A program made the position numbers and the translations under genes. A stretch of DNA of 62,994 nucleotides, the filler included, from Rhabdomonas costata (taxonomy: Eukaryota): assembly GCA_019059605.1 (NCBI GenBank). It is 36 parts of 36 records of this genome, joined end to end, with 100 filler letters (N's around TTAATTAATTAA, not from the genome) between each part and the next. Parts side by side here need not be neighbours in the genome. Positions count along the whole stretch, not along the records: positions 24,536 to 26,201 come from JAHMHO010011248.1; positions 26,302 to 27,958 come from JAHMHO010011249.1; positions 28,059 to 29,709 come from JAHMHO010011250.1; positions 29,810 to 31,461 come from JAHMHO010011251.1; positions 31,562 to 33,213 come from JAHMHO010011252.1; positions 33,314 to 34,965 come from JAHMHO010011253.1; positions 35,066 to 36,717 come from JAHMHO010011254.1; positions 36,818 to 38,469 come from JAHMHO010011255.1; 28 more parts are not named here. One strand, 5' to 3'. Below are positions 25,452-37,489 of this stretch, piece by piece. The notes below the pieces were generated by a model. The model was not told where the DNA came from and did no database searches. It worked only from the letters and a program-made list of their open reading frames with translations. The number at the start of each line of letters is the position of its first letter. The stretch's first letter is position 1.

Positions 25452-25452
<1 letters not shown>

Positions 25453-25489
<37 letters not shown>
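25453..25489. repeat. (GT)n microsatellite
   Basis: Seen directly; abuts the Penelope-like RT. Confidence 0.92.
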
Positions 25490-25490
<1 letters not shown>

Positions 25491-25491
25491 A

Positions 25492-26085
25492 TGGACAGGG
25501 GAGAGCCCAAAAAGGCATGGTTTGTCATGAATGTGGAGGAGGTGGTGCAGCCGATCCGATTCAAGGCAGAGAATCTCGACAAATGGAGAGAAACAGCAGA
25601 CACGGTCGACTTCATCACAATGTACCCTAAGTTCGACCAAGAGCTTCTACAAAAAAGAGTTGCCGAAGCAGTTGAGGAAGCTTGGCAATACGAAGAACAA
25701 AAAGAAGGTGAGCATCTGCGCCTCTCAAGGAAAGGCTGGGTCCAGGACACAGGTGAAGCAGGTCAATTGGGGTGGACGCGAGAAGAAGTACACGAGCTGG
25801 TGTCGTTTGTGGGGAACAACGGGTACCTGAAGTGGGGACACAGGATAAAGAGGCAAGTTAAAGGGCCTGCAGTGTGCCCCACAATTGGCGAATCTTGTAT
25901 GTTACATACCTGAGCGAGACTTCCCGATTACATGCAACCCTGATGATATTGAAGACAACTGCAGGTTTATCGACGATATCCTGACCATGACGGGGAAAAT
26001 CCCCCACCACATCCCAACACGGGATGCAATACAAGAGCACCAGAAAGCAGCGAGGGGTGCTCGAGTACCTCGGAATGAAGATCGC
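25492..26085 (+). mobile_element. Degenerate Penelope-like element reverse transcriptase fragment
   Basis: TVDFITMYPKF, VGNNGYLKWGHRIKRQVKG, PTI/ANLVCY..E, RFIDDIL, LEYLGMKI spread over three frames; the GxPMG motif is lost. Confidence 0.82.
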
Positions 26086-26304
26086 GTGGCCAAGTTTCCT
26101 GTCCGTATTATGGCTAGTGCATCAGCTGCGTAACGAAATTCATGCATCCACCTGCTTGTGCATACCTCGTCGTGCTGTGGAACAGAGTGCGAAAAAAAAC
26201 CNNNNNNNNNNNNNNNNNNNNNNNNNNNNNNNNNNNNNNNNNNNNTTAATTAATTAANNNNNNNNNNNNNNNNNNNNNNNNNNNNNNNNNNNNNNNNNNN
26301 NGTG

Positions 26305-26420
26305 GTGTGTTTGTGTTTGTGTTTGTGTTTGTGTTTGTGTTTGTGTTTGTGTTTGTGTTTGTGTTTGTGTGTTTTTGTTTGTGTGTTTGTGTGTTTGTGT
26401 GTGTGTATGTTTGTGTGTTT
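26305..26420. repeat. (GTGTTT)n hexamer satellite, degenerating 3'
   Basis: Seen directly. Confidence 0.9.
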
Positions 26421-26707
26421 GCCGGCATTCGAGGGTGCGGACTACATTGCACTTGTTTTCGTTTCTGTGGACCGCCGTGTTGGAAGGGTGGGAGGTAAGT
26501 GAGCTGGGACGTCAAGAATGCAAATGCCTCGCACCCAATGCTAAAGGCAGCCAGTGATGGAAATGTGACTTCAGTTGGTGAGGTGCATGGGGATTATGGC
26601 AGCACGGGTTTGTCCTAGTGCGAAGTGCTTTTTAGAGCTTGGCCTGGGATCAACTTAGCAGTGACGGAATGAGTGCTTGTTCACGTTTCAACTTATCCGT
26701 GCCACAG

Positions 26708-27366
26708 CCAACCCGACCTGCGGCAGCGCCTCGGTGAGCTGCCCCTCGGGGTACACCGCGAAGGCCTCCAGCACTGTTTGCGCGACGCAGACTTGCCAGA
26801 AGTCCGACTGCTGCACTGGTATACTGCAACACACACCATTCCTGTGCTTTTGTGGGTGTGTGGCGCTGTGTGAGAGGGTATCGGTGAGGTCATTGTCTCT
26901 GATCTTTTCTTTGCTCGTGTAAAGTGTTTTTGCTCCATGTTTAGAAAAATAACGATCAATTTGGAGGCTGGCGATTCCGTGATTCAATCTATTCGGTCTG
27001 CTTCAGCCTGAGCCTGGGCATACGTATTGTGGATCCGGATCCATTTTACGACTTACTCGCTTTTCCTTCATTAAGAAGAAAAATCACCTCATATCAAAAA
27101 TCACATCATATCTTTGAAGTGTTAAAGCAGGAACTGTGGCGGGTGTGTGTGTGTGTATTGTCTCTGACTTCAGGTCTTTTTTTTGGGGGGGGGACTATCT
27201 TTTGGAAGAAAGGCGTTCGTGCACTCATCCACGCCAACATGCACGATGCACGCACGAACAGTTAACCCGACGTGCGGCAACTACCGGTGCCCGGGCAAGT
27301 ACACGGCGAAGGCGAAGAGCACGATCTGCGCCTCCTCGGTCTGCGTGCAGTCGGACTGCTGCACCG
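26708..27366 (+). CDS. Cysteine-rich repeat protein (likely secreted or surface); one six-Cys module per exon (26708-26818, 27262-27366)
   Basis: NPTCGSASVSCPSGYTAKASSTVCATQTCQKSDCCT and NPTCGNYRCPGKYTAKAKSTICASSVCVQSDCCT, both AG/GT bounded, phase 1-1. Confidence 0.85.
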
Positions 27367-28069
27367 GTGTGTCCATGAACTCCGAGTTTTTTTTATTTGA
27401 TTTTCAGTTGGGGCGCTTCCTCTGCACCCATCTGTCAACTTTCTTTGCTTGTCAATGAGTATTGGAGGTTGTGCGCAATTCTTTTGGTTTTCTTTGGTGG
27501 TTTTGAATTGTGGCGACACGGAAGGATGCACGCAGTGCTTCGGTGCCGTCGCCTTGATCGATCTAAGGGTTGTGGTGGTAGTCCACTGTTCCATATCTGA
27601 GGCCCAATGGAGTTGCCGGGAGGAGGAGTGGTAACAGTTTCCACTATTAACCGTTTTTTTTTGTGCATGTGGGTTTGGTAAGCTCTTTCAGTGACCACCC
27701 CCTTCCCAGATAATTATTTTTGCTAGCAGCGGAAACTACTGCTATCTGAGGACTCGCCAAGGGCTAGGATATGGCCGGACGAGGAGGACAGCGTTAGTTT
27801 CGGGGAGAAGCCAGCGAGCCGCGGCCGGAGCGGGCGGCTGGGGCGGGGACGTGACCTGGGGGGCTGATTCCGACTTTCTCAAAATACGCTCCCATAGAAA
27901 AAATTGTTATCACTGGTAACGGTTTGCACTGGTAACCTTCAACCTCCCCCCCCCACACNNNNNNNNNNNNNNNNNNNNNNNNNNNNNNNNNNNNNNNNNN
28001 NNTTAATTAATTAANNNNNNNNNNNNNNNNNNNNNNNNNNNNNNNNNNNNNNNNNNNNGTGGGGGGGGC

Positions 28070-28178
28070 TTCCGAGACGCCGCCTGCGAAGTCAGCAGAG
28101 GAGGAAGACGATGGGCCGGACTCTGCGGAGTGGGCCAGTGCCCTGGGCAGTTCAGGAGGGGACTCTGACCTCGAGTGA
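28070..28178 (+). CDS. Probable 3' end of an unknown gene
   Basis: GC3-rich SETPPAKSAEEEDDGPDSAEWASALGSSGGDSDLE* at contig start. Confidence 0.35.
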
Positions 28179-29809
28179 CAGTGAGAGGACGTGAGAGGAA
28201 TCTGCTGGTCAGTGTGGGGTTTCCGCACTTTCTCAGTTCTCATTTCTGTTTGTTCTTTGAATTGATGCGAGTGCCGGGAGCCCGTATGGACCAACCTGTT
28301 CACACGATCGCAAGTGCGGTTCAGTTGCTAAACAATGCAGTTGTCACTCATTCGTGTAATGCCTTCCGTTAATTTAGACAAGGATATGCGGCCCTTGCAT
28401 TTGCTATTATCTTGCCGCTTTGGGGGAGTGCGGACTCTTTGCGCGTTGGCCTATTGGCCTTGCTTGTGTCTTGCCGTGGTTTAGGACTTTGCACTGCATG
28501 AGACCTACTGGGTGCTAGGTGCAAGGGTGCAAGGATTATTGACTGCTGGGTTTTTGTGGCCAAGCAGCTTCCGCTTTGGCTTTTTTTTGGCTTTTGGAGA
28601 GCAGGAGGCAGAGCAAAAGTTGTAGCGTATTTGAGTTTGACTGCGGGCTGTGGGGAATACCAGTTGGAGGATAGTGACTGTATTTCCTTGTTGGTACATT
28701 TGACCGTGTGCTTGTGATCAGATTTTTCATTGTTGAGATTTGGATGTAGGGCACTGACTGATTTTGAGAGCCGTTCATTTTAGTCAGCCAATCATCCCTA
28801 CAACCTGAAGGTAATCCAAAATATGGAGCCCGACGATCTGGGGTTTCACCGTACTTATGCACAGGAGGTATAGTATGGGGTGTTAGCGGTAGGTTTTTCG
28901 GATGTGTAAAGCGACTTTTTTTTATGGAATGAAGGAGCAAGCTATTCCCGAACATGGACTTGCTGTGCTTGGGTCCTCCACAACGTGAGAATTTTTTTGG
29001 GGGGGAGGGTACGCAGGAGAATATTTTGTTATCTCAGGTTATTTCTTTCTTCTTTATTTTTTGTAGTTTTTTTTTTTACAAATGCGGGGGAGCGGTCAAG
29101 ACAGGGCTAGGACCGTTCAGGCCGCTGTGTTCGCCAGCGCGGTGGACACTTGAAGGGGGTCTGCGTTGTTTTTGCATCAACCACTATCTGCAAATACCTC
29201 ACGTGAACCCCAGGTCCGTGGCCAGAAATATTCTCCCACGACGTGCTGCCGCATCATCCCATACCACAATTAGTTCCTTTTTACATGAGTTATTCAACAA
29301 AATAATGGTCTCTTTTTGTAAGTGACAACGAGTGCATGTTGGGACGAGAGTGTCCCTATACCTCTCGCCGTGCCATACTTTCCTTCCTTTAATTTTCAAC
29401 AACTTGCGTTGCATTCTGGTTTGTATTGGTTCACCCTGACTTCTTAAATTTGTGGTAGTTTGCGGTTTCGCATGTGCTCTGAAAAACCGCACCAACCTTC
29501 CTACTTCACGCCGCGAGTACTTGGTGTCTTGGAGCTGGAAACGACGATGTTGACGCTTTTTGGGCCCCTCATTTAAGAAAGCTTTTTCTCATGCATACTC
29601 CTCTCTTTTTCTTTACCCTCAGGCTGTCTTGGGCTGATTCACCGGCCCTTTTCTAGACAAGGCTTGTAGAATTGGTGTTTTGGTGTTGGTGTGTTTTTGC
29701 TCTAGAGTGNNNNNNNNNNNNNNNNNNNNNNNNNNNNNNNNNNNNNNNNNNNNTTAATTAATTAANNNNNNNNNNNNNNNNNNNNNNNNNNNNNNNNNNN
29801 NNNNNNNNN

Positions 29810-29944
29810 GTGTTGGCGAGCCTGCAGCCTGCCCTCACCACAGCTCCTTGGTCACAACCTCAGCAGTGGGGGGCCCAGTTCCAGCCACCCCAGCCCGTGC
29901 TGCTCTCCCCAACCGCATTACCGCCCTCCCTCGCCAATGGCCCG
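29810..29944 (+). CDS. Probable Pro/Gln-rich exon of an unknown gene
   Basis: LASLQPALTTAPWSQPQQWGAQFQPPQPVLLSPTALPPSLANGP followed by a GTGTGT donor. Confidence 0.4.
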
Positions 29945-31763
29945 GTGTGTGTGTATGTCGGTTGTGTGCCTGTCTATGTGTATTCGTCTGCGTAGCCTGC
30001 GGTTGCGAGGTGTGCGTTCAGTGCTTGGGCACACTTTGTGTCTCTTGCGGCCATTTGGTTGTTATACAATGTTTTCTTTTAGATAATAGAGTTGGCTGTT
30101 TGAAAACTCGTGGAGCGTACCATCACCTGCCCCATCCCCTTCTACCCGCGCTTTGAGAGCTTTCATTCCTGCGCGTACACAGGTACAGGCTGGGGTATGG
30201 CGTGGTGCCTAACATCGGCCTCTCCTCTGCATCAGTAAGGCCGCTGCTGAGGTCGATGTTCACGTGTTTGTGTTGACAATAACCGGGGGAGTGCACGCAG
30301 GCCGGGTCACGTGTGCGTGGGTGCGTGGGCGGCTGCGTGTTCATTTGTGAAGATATGGGGTGGGTCGGGTGTTTCTCTTTGTTTCCCGGAACGTTATTTC
30401 CGCGTTTTTCCGGAACCTGTTGTTTGCAGCCGCTCAGCTGTAAATAGAGTACGCTTCTGTCGGGACCGCTGAATATAGCTCATGTGTCTTTCTCGTTTGT
30501 CTTGGGCCGTTTTATTTCCTTTCAGTAAAGCTTTCTCAACAATTGTGGCAAACGACCTTCTGGTAAGGAGAATTCCTGCCATCGGCTTCAGCAAATACGT
30601 CAGACATATGGTGAACAACCTTTTGAAGGAATATACGCGACTGCGCAATTTTCTCGGGGATTTCGAGCACTTTGATCTACCGAGTGGTGGCTTTTAGTTG
30701 TAATGGCCAAAAAGGCTTTTGACACCAGACCCATTGCGTCCGTTCCTGCGGCCCATGCTAGGTATATACATCCTCGCGGTCGCATGCCTGCATGTATTTT
30801 GCTGGCACTGCCCGTGGCAGTCGGTCCCTTTCGTTGCAAATGGCCCGCTCGCAACACGTCGTGGCTTTGGCCGACTTGTGCATTGACCAGCTCTTTGCGC
30901 GCCCAAATTTCCACGATGTACGCGGTCTTTTAGCAAATGCCTTGGCTTTTGATCAATTCTGAAATACGACGGATCACTTTTTACATGGCACACGCATCAG
31001 TTTCTTTGCCCATTCCCGCAAGGTCAAATCTGTTCCCAAAATGGAGCACGTGTCTGACTGACTCGTATTTTCCGGCCGATAAGCTGCAAAAAAAAACGTA
31101 CGCATTCCCGCGTCCAAAGTCTACAGCATCTGGTATTCCTGGTTGTGTGTTTGACATTCTTCACATTGGGTTGTATTTGAGCGTTGGCGGGTTTTTGGTG
31201 GGAGGTTGGTCGTCGTGATGGTTTGCTGGGTTTAGCAGCATTTCTGAGCGGTGTCTGTGTTTGTCATAATTGGTGCGGGTGGTTCTGTTGACATATCTGG
31301 TTTGGGTGTTTTGGTTTTAGATGTTGAATCCGTCGGTTGTGTTGTACTGATATTGGTTGGCTTGATGTTGGTGTGTGGTTTCGAGCGTGTGGGTAGTTTG
31401 GTCTGTGAATGTAGCAAAAGTGACGGTGAGTTGAATGTTTTTTGTGGTTTGGAGATCAAGGNNNNNNNNNNNNNNNNNNNNNNNNNNNNNNNNNNNNNNN
31501 NNNNNTTAATTAATTAANNNNNNNNNNNNNNNNNNNNNNNNNNNNNNNNNNNNNNNNNNNNGGGTGGTTTGCCTTGTTCCTCTGTAATTTGTTGCTTCTT
31601 TCCTGAATCACATTCTTGTCCGCGCGCTTTGCTCTGTGCTGCCGAAACCCTGATGGGCACCCAAATTAATCTCGAACTTGAACGTCTTAGCCACCACAAC
31701 GCTGGTGCCTTTAAGCTCAGGCAGAAGTTTAAGTTTACGTTCATGCTGTTGCTGTTCCGGCAG

Positions 31764-32378
31764 GTATCCGGCGTTGGCGGGAAACATTGCCCGGCGTATC
31801 AAGGAAGGGGAAGATCTGGCCTTTGCATGGGTAAGTCCCCGTGCGCTGGCCTGCGGGCTTGAGGTATCACAATTGCCAATTGTCGACTTTTTATACTGGG
31901 TGTTTGGGCCCTTGGGCGTGTCAGTGATCTTTCTCGTTCTTTCTCGTTTCTCATGTTACTTCTAATCGCCTCATCCTATCTTTGGTTCTTGGCACGATTT
32001 GCCTGTCTTCCAAAGAAAAAGTCACGCTATAATCCCCTCTCCCAGCGTCAGAGGTATTTTGTTGCAGGAAGTTAGTTGAAGCTCAAATCGTGTTCAACAA
32101 AAAAAAATTAGGAATTAATCGGATGCCCTGTACGTTTGCTGTGGCGGGGGCATTTTCTGATTTCTTCTTCTTATTTTTTGCTGGCCAATGTTTCGAGGCT
32201 AGTTTGTTTTCTTTTGTTAGGGTGGGATTTTGGCCCGCCTGCTGTCCATTCCTGGACTGGACCTGCAAGGGGCGAGGATGTTTGCCCCCTCCGACGCGAT
32301 GATCGACGATTACATCGAGGTCCACAAGGCGGTGAACCAGCCCAAGCCCTTCCGCCCATTTGTGGAGTATCTGGAAAG
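31764..32378 (+). CDS. Hypothetical protein, exons 31764-31830 and 32221-32378
   Basis: GT-AG in-phase splice: YPALAGNIARRIKEGEDLAFAW|GGILARLLSIPGLDLQGARMFAPSDAMIDDYIEVHKAVNQPKPFRPFVEYLER. Confidence 0.6.
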
Positions 32379-33479
32379 GTGCTGTTTCCATTTGAACGCA
32401 CGCGTACCCGTGCACGTCGGCGCGTGAAATCTCAGAAGTGCCGTAAGCGTAAGAACTTCCGGTGCGCCAGCAAGGAACAAATCAGCTTCAGACCGCGTGA
32501 GCTGTTCGCGCATCCGCGCATGCAAACCTTGCATCCTCATTAGGAACTTTCTTTGTTGTCAGGATCTTCCTTTCAGAATAATCTGTTGTTGGAAGTATGG
32601 CAGTATGGTATCACTGTGATTTCCAAGCTTTTATTTTTCGAGTTTTTTCCAAGAGATGTGCTTCTTATATAAATATGCAAGTGGTGCTGTCAGATAATTC
32701 AGTTGGGCGACGTCGACTTCGTGAGTTCTGTTTCAAAAGCACATCCCACGGTCCCAAACAAAGCCGCCGTAACGCCAATAAAGAGTTGTGGAATTCAGAA
32801 AGTACTGCAAGGTATTGAGATTTAAATCATCAGTTCTGGTTAGCTTCGTTCTGCAATTGTTGTACTGTCGTTCTCCCCCCCTCCCACTCCCAGTTTGAAG
32901 TCGAACCGAAACAGAGAGGACGCCTAAGCTCTCATGTAACCAAGTCCATACTTTGAGAAAACTTCCATGTAGCGCCGGCAGGCTTCCGTGGACTGGGCAC
33001 CCACCAAGGCAGGCTCAAACTCGGAAATCTTGCCCTGCGCATCCCGCCTGGACACAAGTATAAACAGTGAAGAATGTCATCTTATGCATAGAGAATACTA
33101 ACACATTAAAAACAGCGATCCACTATCGAGTCAGAAGCTCCCACTAGAAATGCCCAGGACATCGCGCTGCTGAAAATATTTCGACTATTTGGAAGCAGGT
33201 CCAATCCTATTCANNNNNNNNNNNNNNNNNNNNNNNNNNNNNNNNNNNNNNNNNNNNTTAATTAATTAANNNNNNNNNNNNNNNNNNNNNNNNNNNNNNN
33301 NNNNNNNNNNNNNGTGTGGTGGGGTGTGGTGTGGGGTGGGGTGTGAAACATTGCAGCAGTCGCCATGGTTGCGGGATTCCGCCCCGAAGTTGAGCAGGCG
33401 CTGTGGTTGTGCCTTGCGAGGTTCCGCGTTCTGCTTCGGAGGGAGATGCTTTGGCACTGTCCCTTCCTCCTTTTCTCAG

Positions 33480-34654
33480 GTGATCTCCCGCCCAGTGGGC
33501 TCTGGGGAGGAGACCCTTGTGGGCCGCGGAGAGGTCGACCTTCGGCTGCTCGCACACCGCCTTACCCGCGGTGTGGAGCTCGCACTCCAACCCCCGGGCT
33601 CAGGCACGCTGAACATCCGAATCAAGGCCCTGGACTTTGGGCTGCCCCAGACCTCCGTGACGGGATTCACCACCCCAACCTCGTTCGTGGACGGCCGGTC
33701 CAGCGCGTTGAGCGTGAACAGCCCGAGCTTCTACAGTGTTCCCAACCCCAACAACAATAGCAACAGTGGTGGTGGTCGGGGGAATGGATTTCTGGGGTCC
33801 AGCTCCTGCGATAGTCCGTTTGTATTGGCGAAACTGCGAGGCTCAAAAATGGAGCCCCGGAAAAAAGGCTCTGCATGTCTCAGAGAAAAAACGACGCTGC
33901 AAACTCGGGAATTGGTTTAAAATGGAACGTTTTTCTGTCTTTCGGGCTCAAAACTGGTGACTGCTTGGCGATCATGTATATCATGCACAACAAGACATGT
34001 GTTTTGCATCGATTTTCAGACTTTTAGCGAAAAGTGACCCCAAAAAAGTCTTTTTGTTTTCAGTTTTTGGCACGCGGGTGTGCAGACTTATCACACTTCA
34101 AGTCGCCCGTCCGTCGACGTTGACCTTCGTTGTGGTCGTCTCTCACTACTAACGTTCGGTGCGACTGCTATTGGTTTTGCGTAGCGGGGCAGGCGGGGAT
34201 GCGACTGGCGCACCTACATCGTTTCCCCTTGGGAAAAATGAAAAAATGTGAGAACTGGAAAGAAAGTTATTTTTTGAATTATTTAAAATTTAAAAATTAA
34301 TTGAGAATTATTCAAAAATGTCGGCCCCAAAAAATTGCGGGAAAAAAGAATCCGTGAGGACCCCTTCCCATAAATCTCAGAGTGGACGCTATCCATAGCC
34401 CCCGAACCCACACCCGCAGCAGTGGTATGGCGATGCCCTCCCTGTCGATGGGGCTGACCAGCACGGCCACCACCGTCCCCACGGGCACCAGTGCGAATCT
34501 GAGCACCAGCACGATCCCTGGGGCGGGCTCTGGGGGGCCTCCGCAGTACGGGTCACGGCACCCCAGGCTGTCCAGCTCCACCACGGCTAGCAGCAGCGCT
34601 AGCACCAGCGGGGTGGCCTCCCCCTCTGCACTGCAGTCCCGGGAATGGGCCCAG
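33480..34654 (+). CDS. C2-domain protein with Ser/Thr-rich linker, exons 33480-about 33770 and about 34381-34654
   Basis: ETLVGRGEVDLRLL...ELALQPPGSGTLNIRIKALDFG is a C2 C-terminal half; internal junction ambiguous. Confidence 0.7.
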
Positions 34655-35123
34655 GTACTCATTGCTTTGTGCGTTTGCATGTGTTCGCGTGTGGATGCAC
34701 CTCTATGGAAAATAGGAAGGTGGACTTGATCAGTGGGGAGGGACGCAGCGGGTCCAAAAACCTGTGCATCACTAGAGCAGTCGCGCACAAGTCTCTCTCT
34801 CTGTGTGTGTGTGTTTGACCAAATGCGGTTTAATGCACCATTGAGGTTTCCCAAGAACTTCCGCCCAGCGGCAGAGGGGTCACCCACACCCCCCAGAAGC
34901 GGCCAGGCAGCGGGAGAGAATTTGAAAGCCCGCCAAGGCAGAAAAGAACATAACCAAAACAACCCNNNNNNNNNNNNNNNNNNNNNNNNNNNNNNNNNNN
35001 NNNNNNNNNTTAATTAATTAANNNNNNNNNNNNNNNNNNNNNNNNNNNNNNNNNNNNNNNNNNNNTGTGTGGCCTGTGCCCGATAGGCTGCACCTTGCGG
35101 CCGTCTATTGGTTTCCCATGTAC

Positions 35124-36120
35124 CATTACCGTCCCTGGCCTCCACATCGGCGCCATAATCCAGCAACACCTCCACCACCTCGGCATGTCCAAGGCACGCC
35201 GCGAGCACCAGAGGGGTGTCCCCGTCCGCCCTTGCTTGGTTCACCTCTGCCTGGCTGGCCACAGGGTATTGTTTGCGATTGCAACGCGTCAAACCTCCGT
35301 AAAAACACAGCGTAGTTGTGAGTTTACTGTGTAACGTTCCACATTAGAAAGACCCGCACACCTGTGGTTCTCTACGGGTCAGTTTCCTATGCAATCTCAG
35401 TGAACCAGGAACAACGCTGAGCGTTTTCTTACTTTTGCTTGCAATATCGAATGGTAAAACTCATTGTTCTCCACAATTTGCTTAACGGCGACCCAGCACA
35501 GGAGATTGTTAAACACAAACGAAGCTGAACCAGAGGGCGAAGGGGAAAGCAGCGGCTGCATTCGAGAGGAGGAGCGAAAAATCCTGCCGCACTTCAGTCT
35601 GGCTCTAGAAATACGGACATCAGGGTGGTGTTCACATCACACTCCACAGCATCTCTCGTTGGTCTTTGTGCCCAAGAAATGAAAGCAGGCGACCCCAAAT
35701 GAGTATCCAACTCAGCATCAAAATCCACTATCTACACCATACCGCTCACATACCGTACCTTCAACACAGCGTCAAGAGACACAAAAAGGTGGGGGCAAAC
35801 CTGGGGCGACAGTCTCTCCACAGCTGAAGATCGGCCCGGGGCCCACACACTCCCACAAAGTTCACGTGGGCCTGCCCCGCGACCCACTGCAGCACAGCGC
35901 TGGGATGGGCCTCCAACTGAGCCACCACCTTCACCCCAGTGCCAAGGCTACCTTCCAGAGCACTGCAACTGGAGAGATGGGTCGGTGAAAGCACCACCAC
36001 CACGGAGCTCTTCTGTAGCCCCGCGATGTTGGGCAGGAAGTCAAGCTCCAAGACACCTACAGACGCAAGCAAGTTGTCAAAGTCTTCCACCACCACATTG
36101 AGAAGCAACGGGGGGCGGGG
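35124..36120 (-). CDS. Ankyrin-repeat protein, exons about 36120-35801 and 35254-35124
   Basis: [42 protein letters not shown] is a canonical ANK repeat; upstream exon splices in phase 2. Confidence 0.85.
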
Positions 36121-36817
36121 CTAAGAAGCCACCAAACGACTAGAGGCATTAATGGAAATCTTATTTTCAGGGCTGAGGTGAAGTTACTGATTTTGGGTCA
36201 TAATACACTGTACCAAATACGTTTTTTGTCATGTAGAGGGTTTCATTCTTGTATATGAACCCCTAACCCCTTTTTGGCTGGCTTCGACTTTGGGAAAACA
36301 ACAACCATCAACCTGAACCATCAAGCATCAACCATTAACAAAAAAGTTGATAAGACACAACTAGCAAAATAAATGGTTTGCAGCTCCTCTGAATCTCAAC
36401 ATTACCATACGTTGCGCTTGTACATTATTATCCTTGGGCTCCTTTGTCAGAACGTTTCAGCTCTGCAGGCAAGCTTGCAGCGTAAACCGCGGCTAGCGGA
36501 CGGGAAAGCGGCACAAACCACCCGCGTTTCTCGAGATGTTGCCGATGAGCCCATGGTGAGAAGACGACAAAGCGCGAGCGGGCCGGCCTCTTGTATTCCT
36601 ATTTTTTTGAAGGAGGGGAGTTAAACGTTCAGCACTGCTAATCGATCTGAAATTTAATAACCCCAAATTCACATATGTCTGCCTTGGGGGGAAGAAATAC
36701 AGTATACCCAACCCCACNNNNNNNNNNNNNNNNNNNNNNNNNNNNNNNNNNNNNNNNNNNNTTAATTAATTAANNNNNNNNNNNNNNNNNNNNNNNNNNN
36801 NNNNNNNNNNNNNNNNN

Positions 36818-36886
36818 GAGCTGGAGGGCTACGAGGCGGAGTTCGTACAGGTTGTGGTGCAGTTCCTAGAAAAACTGTCCTTGTGA
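36818..36886 (+). CDS. 3' end of an unknown gene upstream of LUC7
   Basis: ELEGYEAEFVQVVVQFLEKLSL* with coding-like GC3 at contig start. Confidence 0.5.
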   Translation, partial: ELEGYEAEFVQVVVQFLEKLSL

Positions 36887-37489
36887 AAAGGGGTGCGTAT
36901 TTTTGCGCGGGGCTAGAGCTCTGCCTTGTGTGCCAACCGGAGGGTCCGTTGCCTGCCCGCGTTGTGTGGTGGGTGGTTTACCCGGACTCGGTTGTATAAC
37001 AGTATAGAAGTGCCACCGGGGGGTTCGAGTTTAATTTCGAGTTGATTTTTTCAACTTCAGTGAGCTTTCAGAATTGGAATGGTTGGTGGAACTCCTGAAC
37101 GTTTCAGCGTTTCAGAAGTTTAAACTCTTCCGCTCCCGCCAATACTGCCAATTGTGGTGTTTGTGGGTCCGCATCCCGACAGTCGTGATTTTGATCTGTA
37201 ATGGTTGCCTTTGGGGTCATTCCATGTGAGTACAAATGCAGAAGGTACTCTCCATCACACAATTTCTGATCTGCACAGTCTTCACAAACCCTGCAACTCC
37301 CCATCTTTTCCCTTGTCTTTTGCCTTTGAATGACCTTTCTTCTTCGCCGCTATCCTTAACTTTCGCTTTTCAGAAAATTTTTGCCGCCCAACTTCTCCTC
37401 CATCTTCTGGTTTTGATCCCCATCCAGCACAGCCTCTGAGCTTGTAGGGAGAGGGTTTGTACGGTATCTGCAGAGGGCCTTTCCTCATA

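Noticed and set aside
28536-31218. AT-richer ORF fragments in two contigs that might be decayed retroelements
   Set aside because: No RT, endonuclease or RNase H motif could be identified
32068-32089. 22-nt micro-exon with an in-frame TGA (recoding or selenocysteine)
   Set aside because: Unnecessary: the flanking exons splice in frame using the AG at 32219-32220
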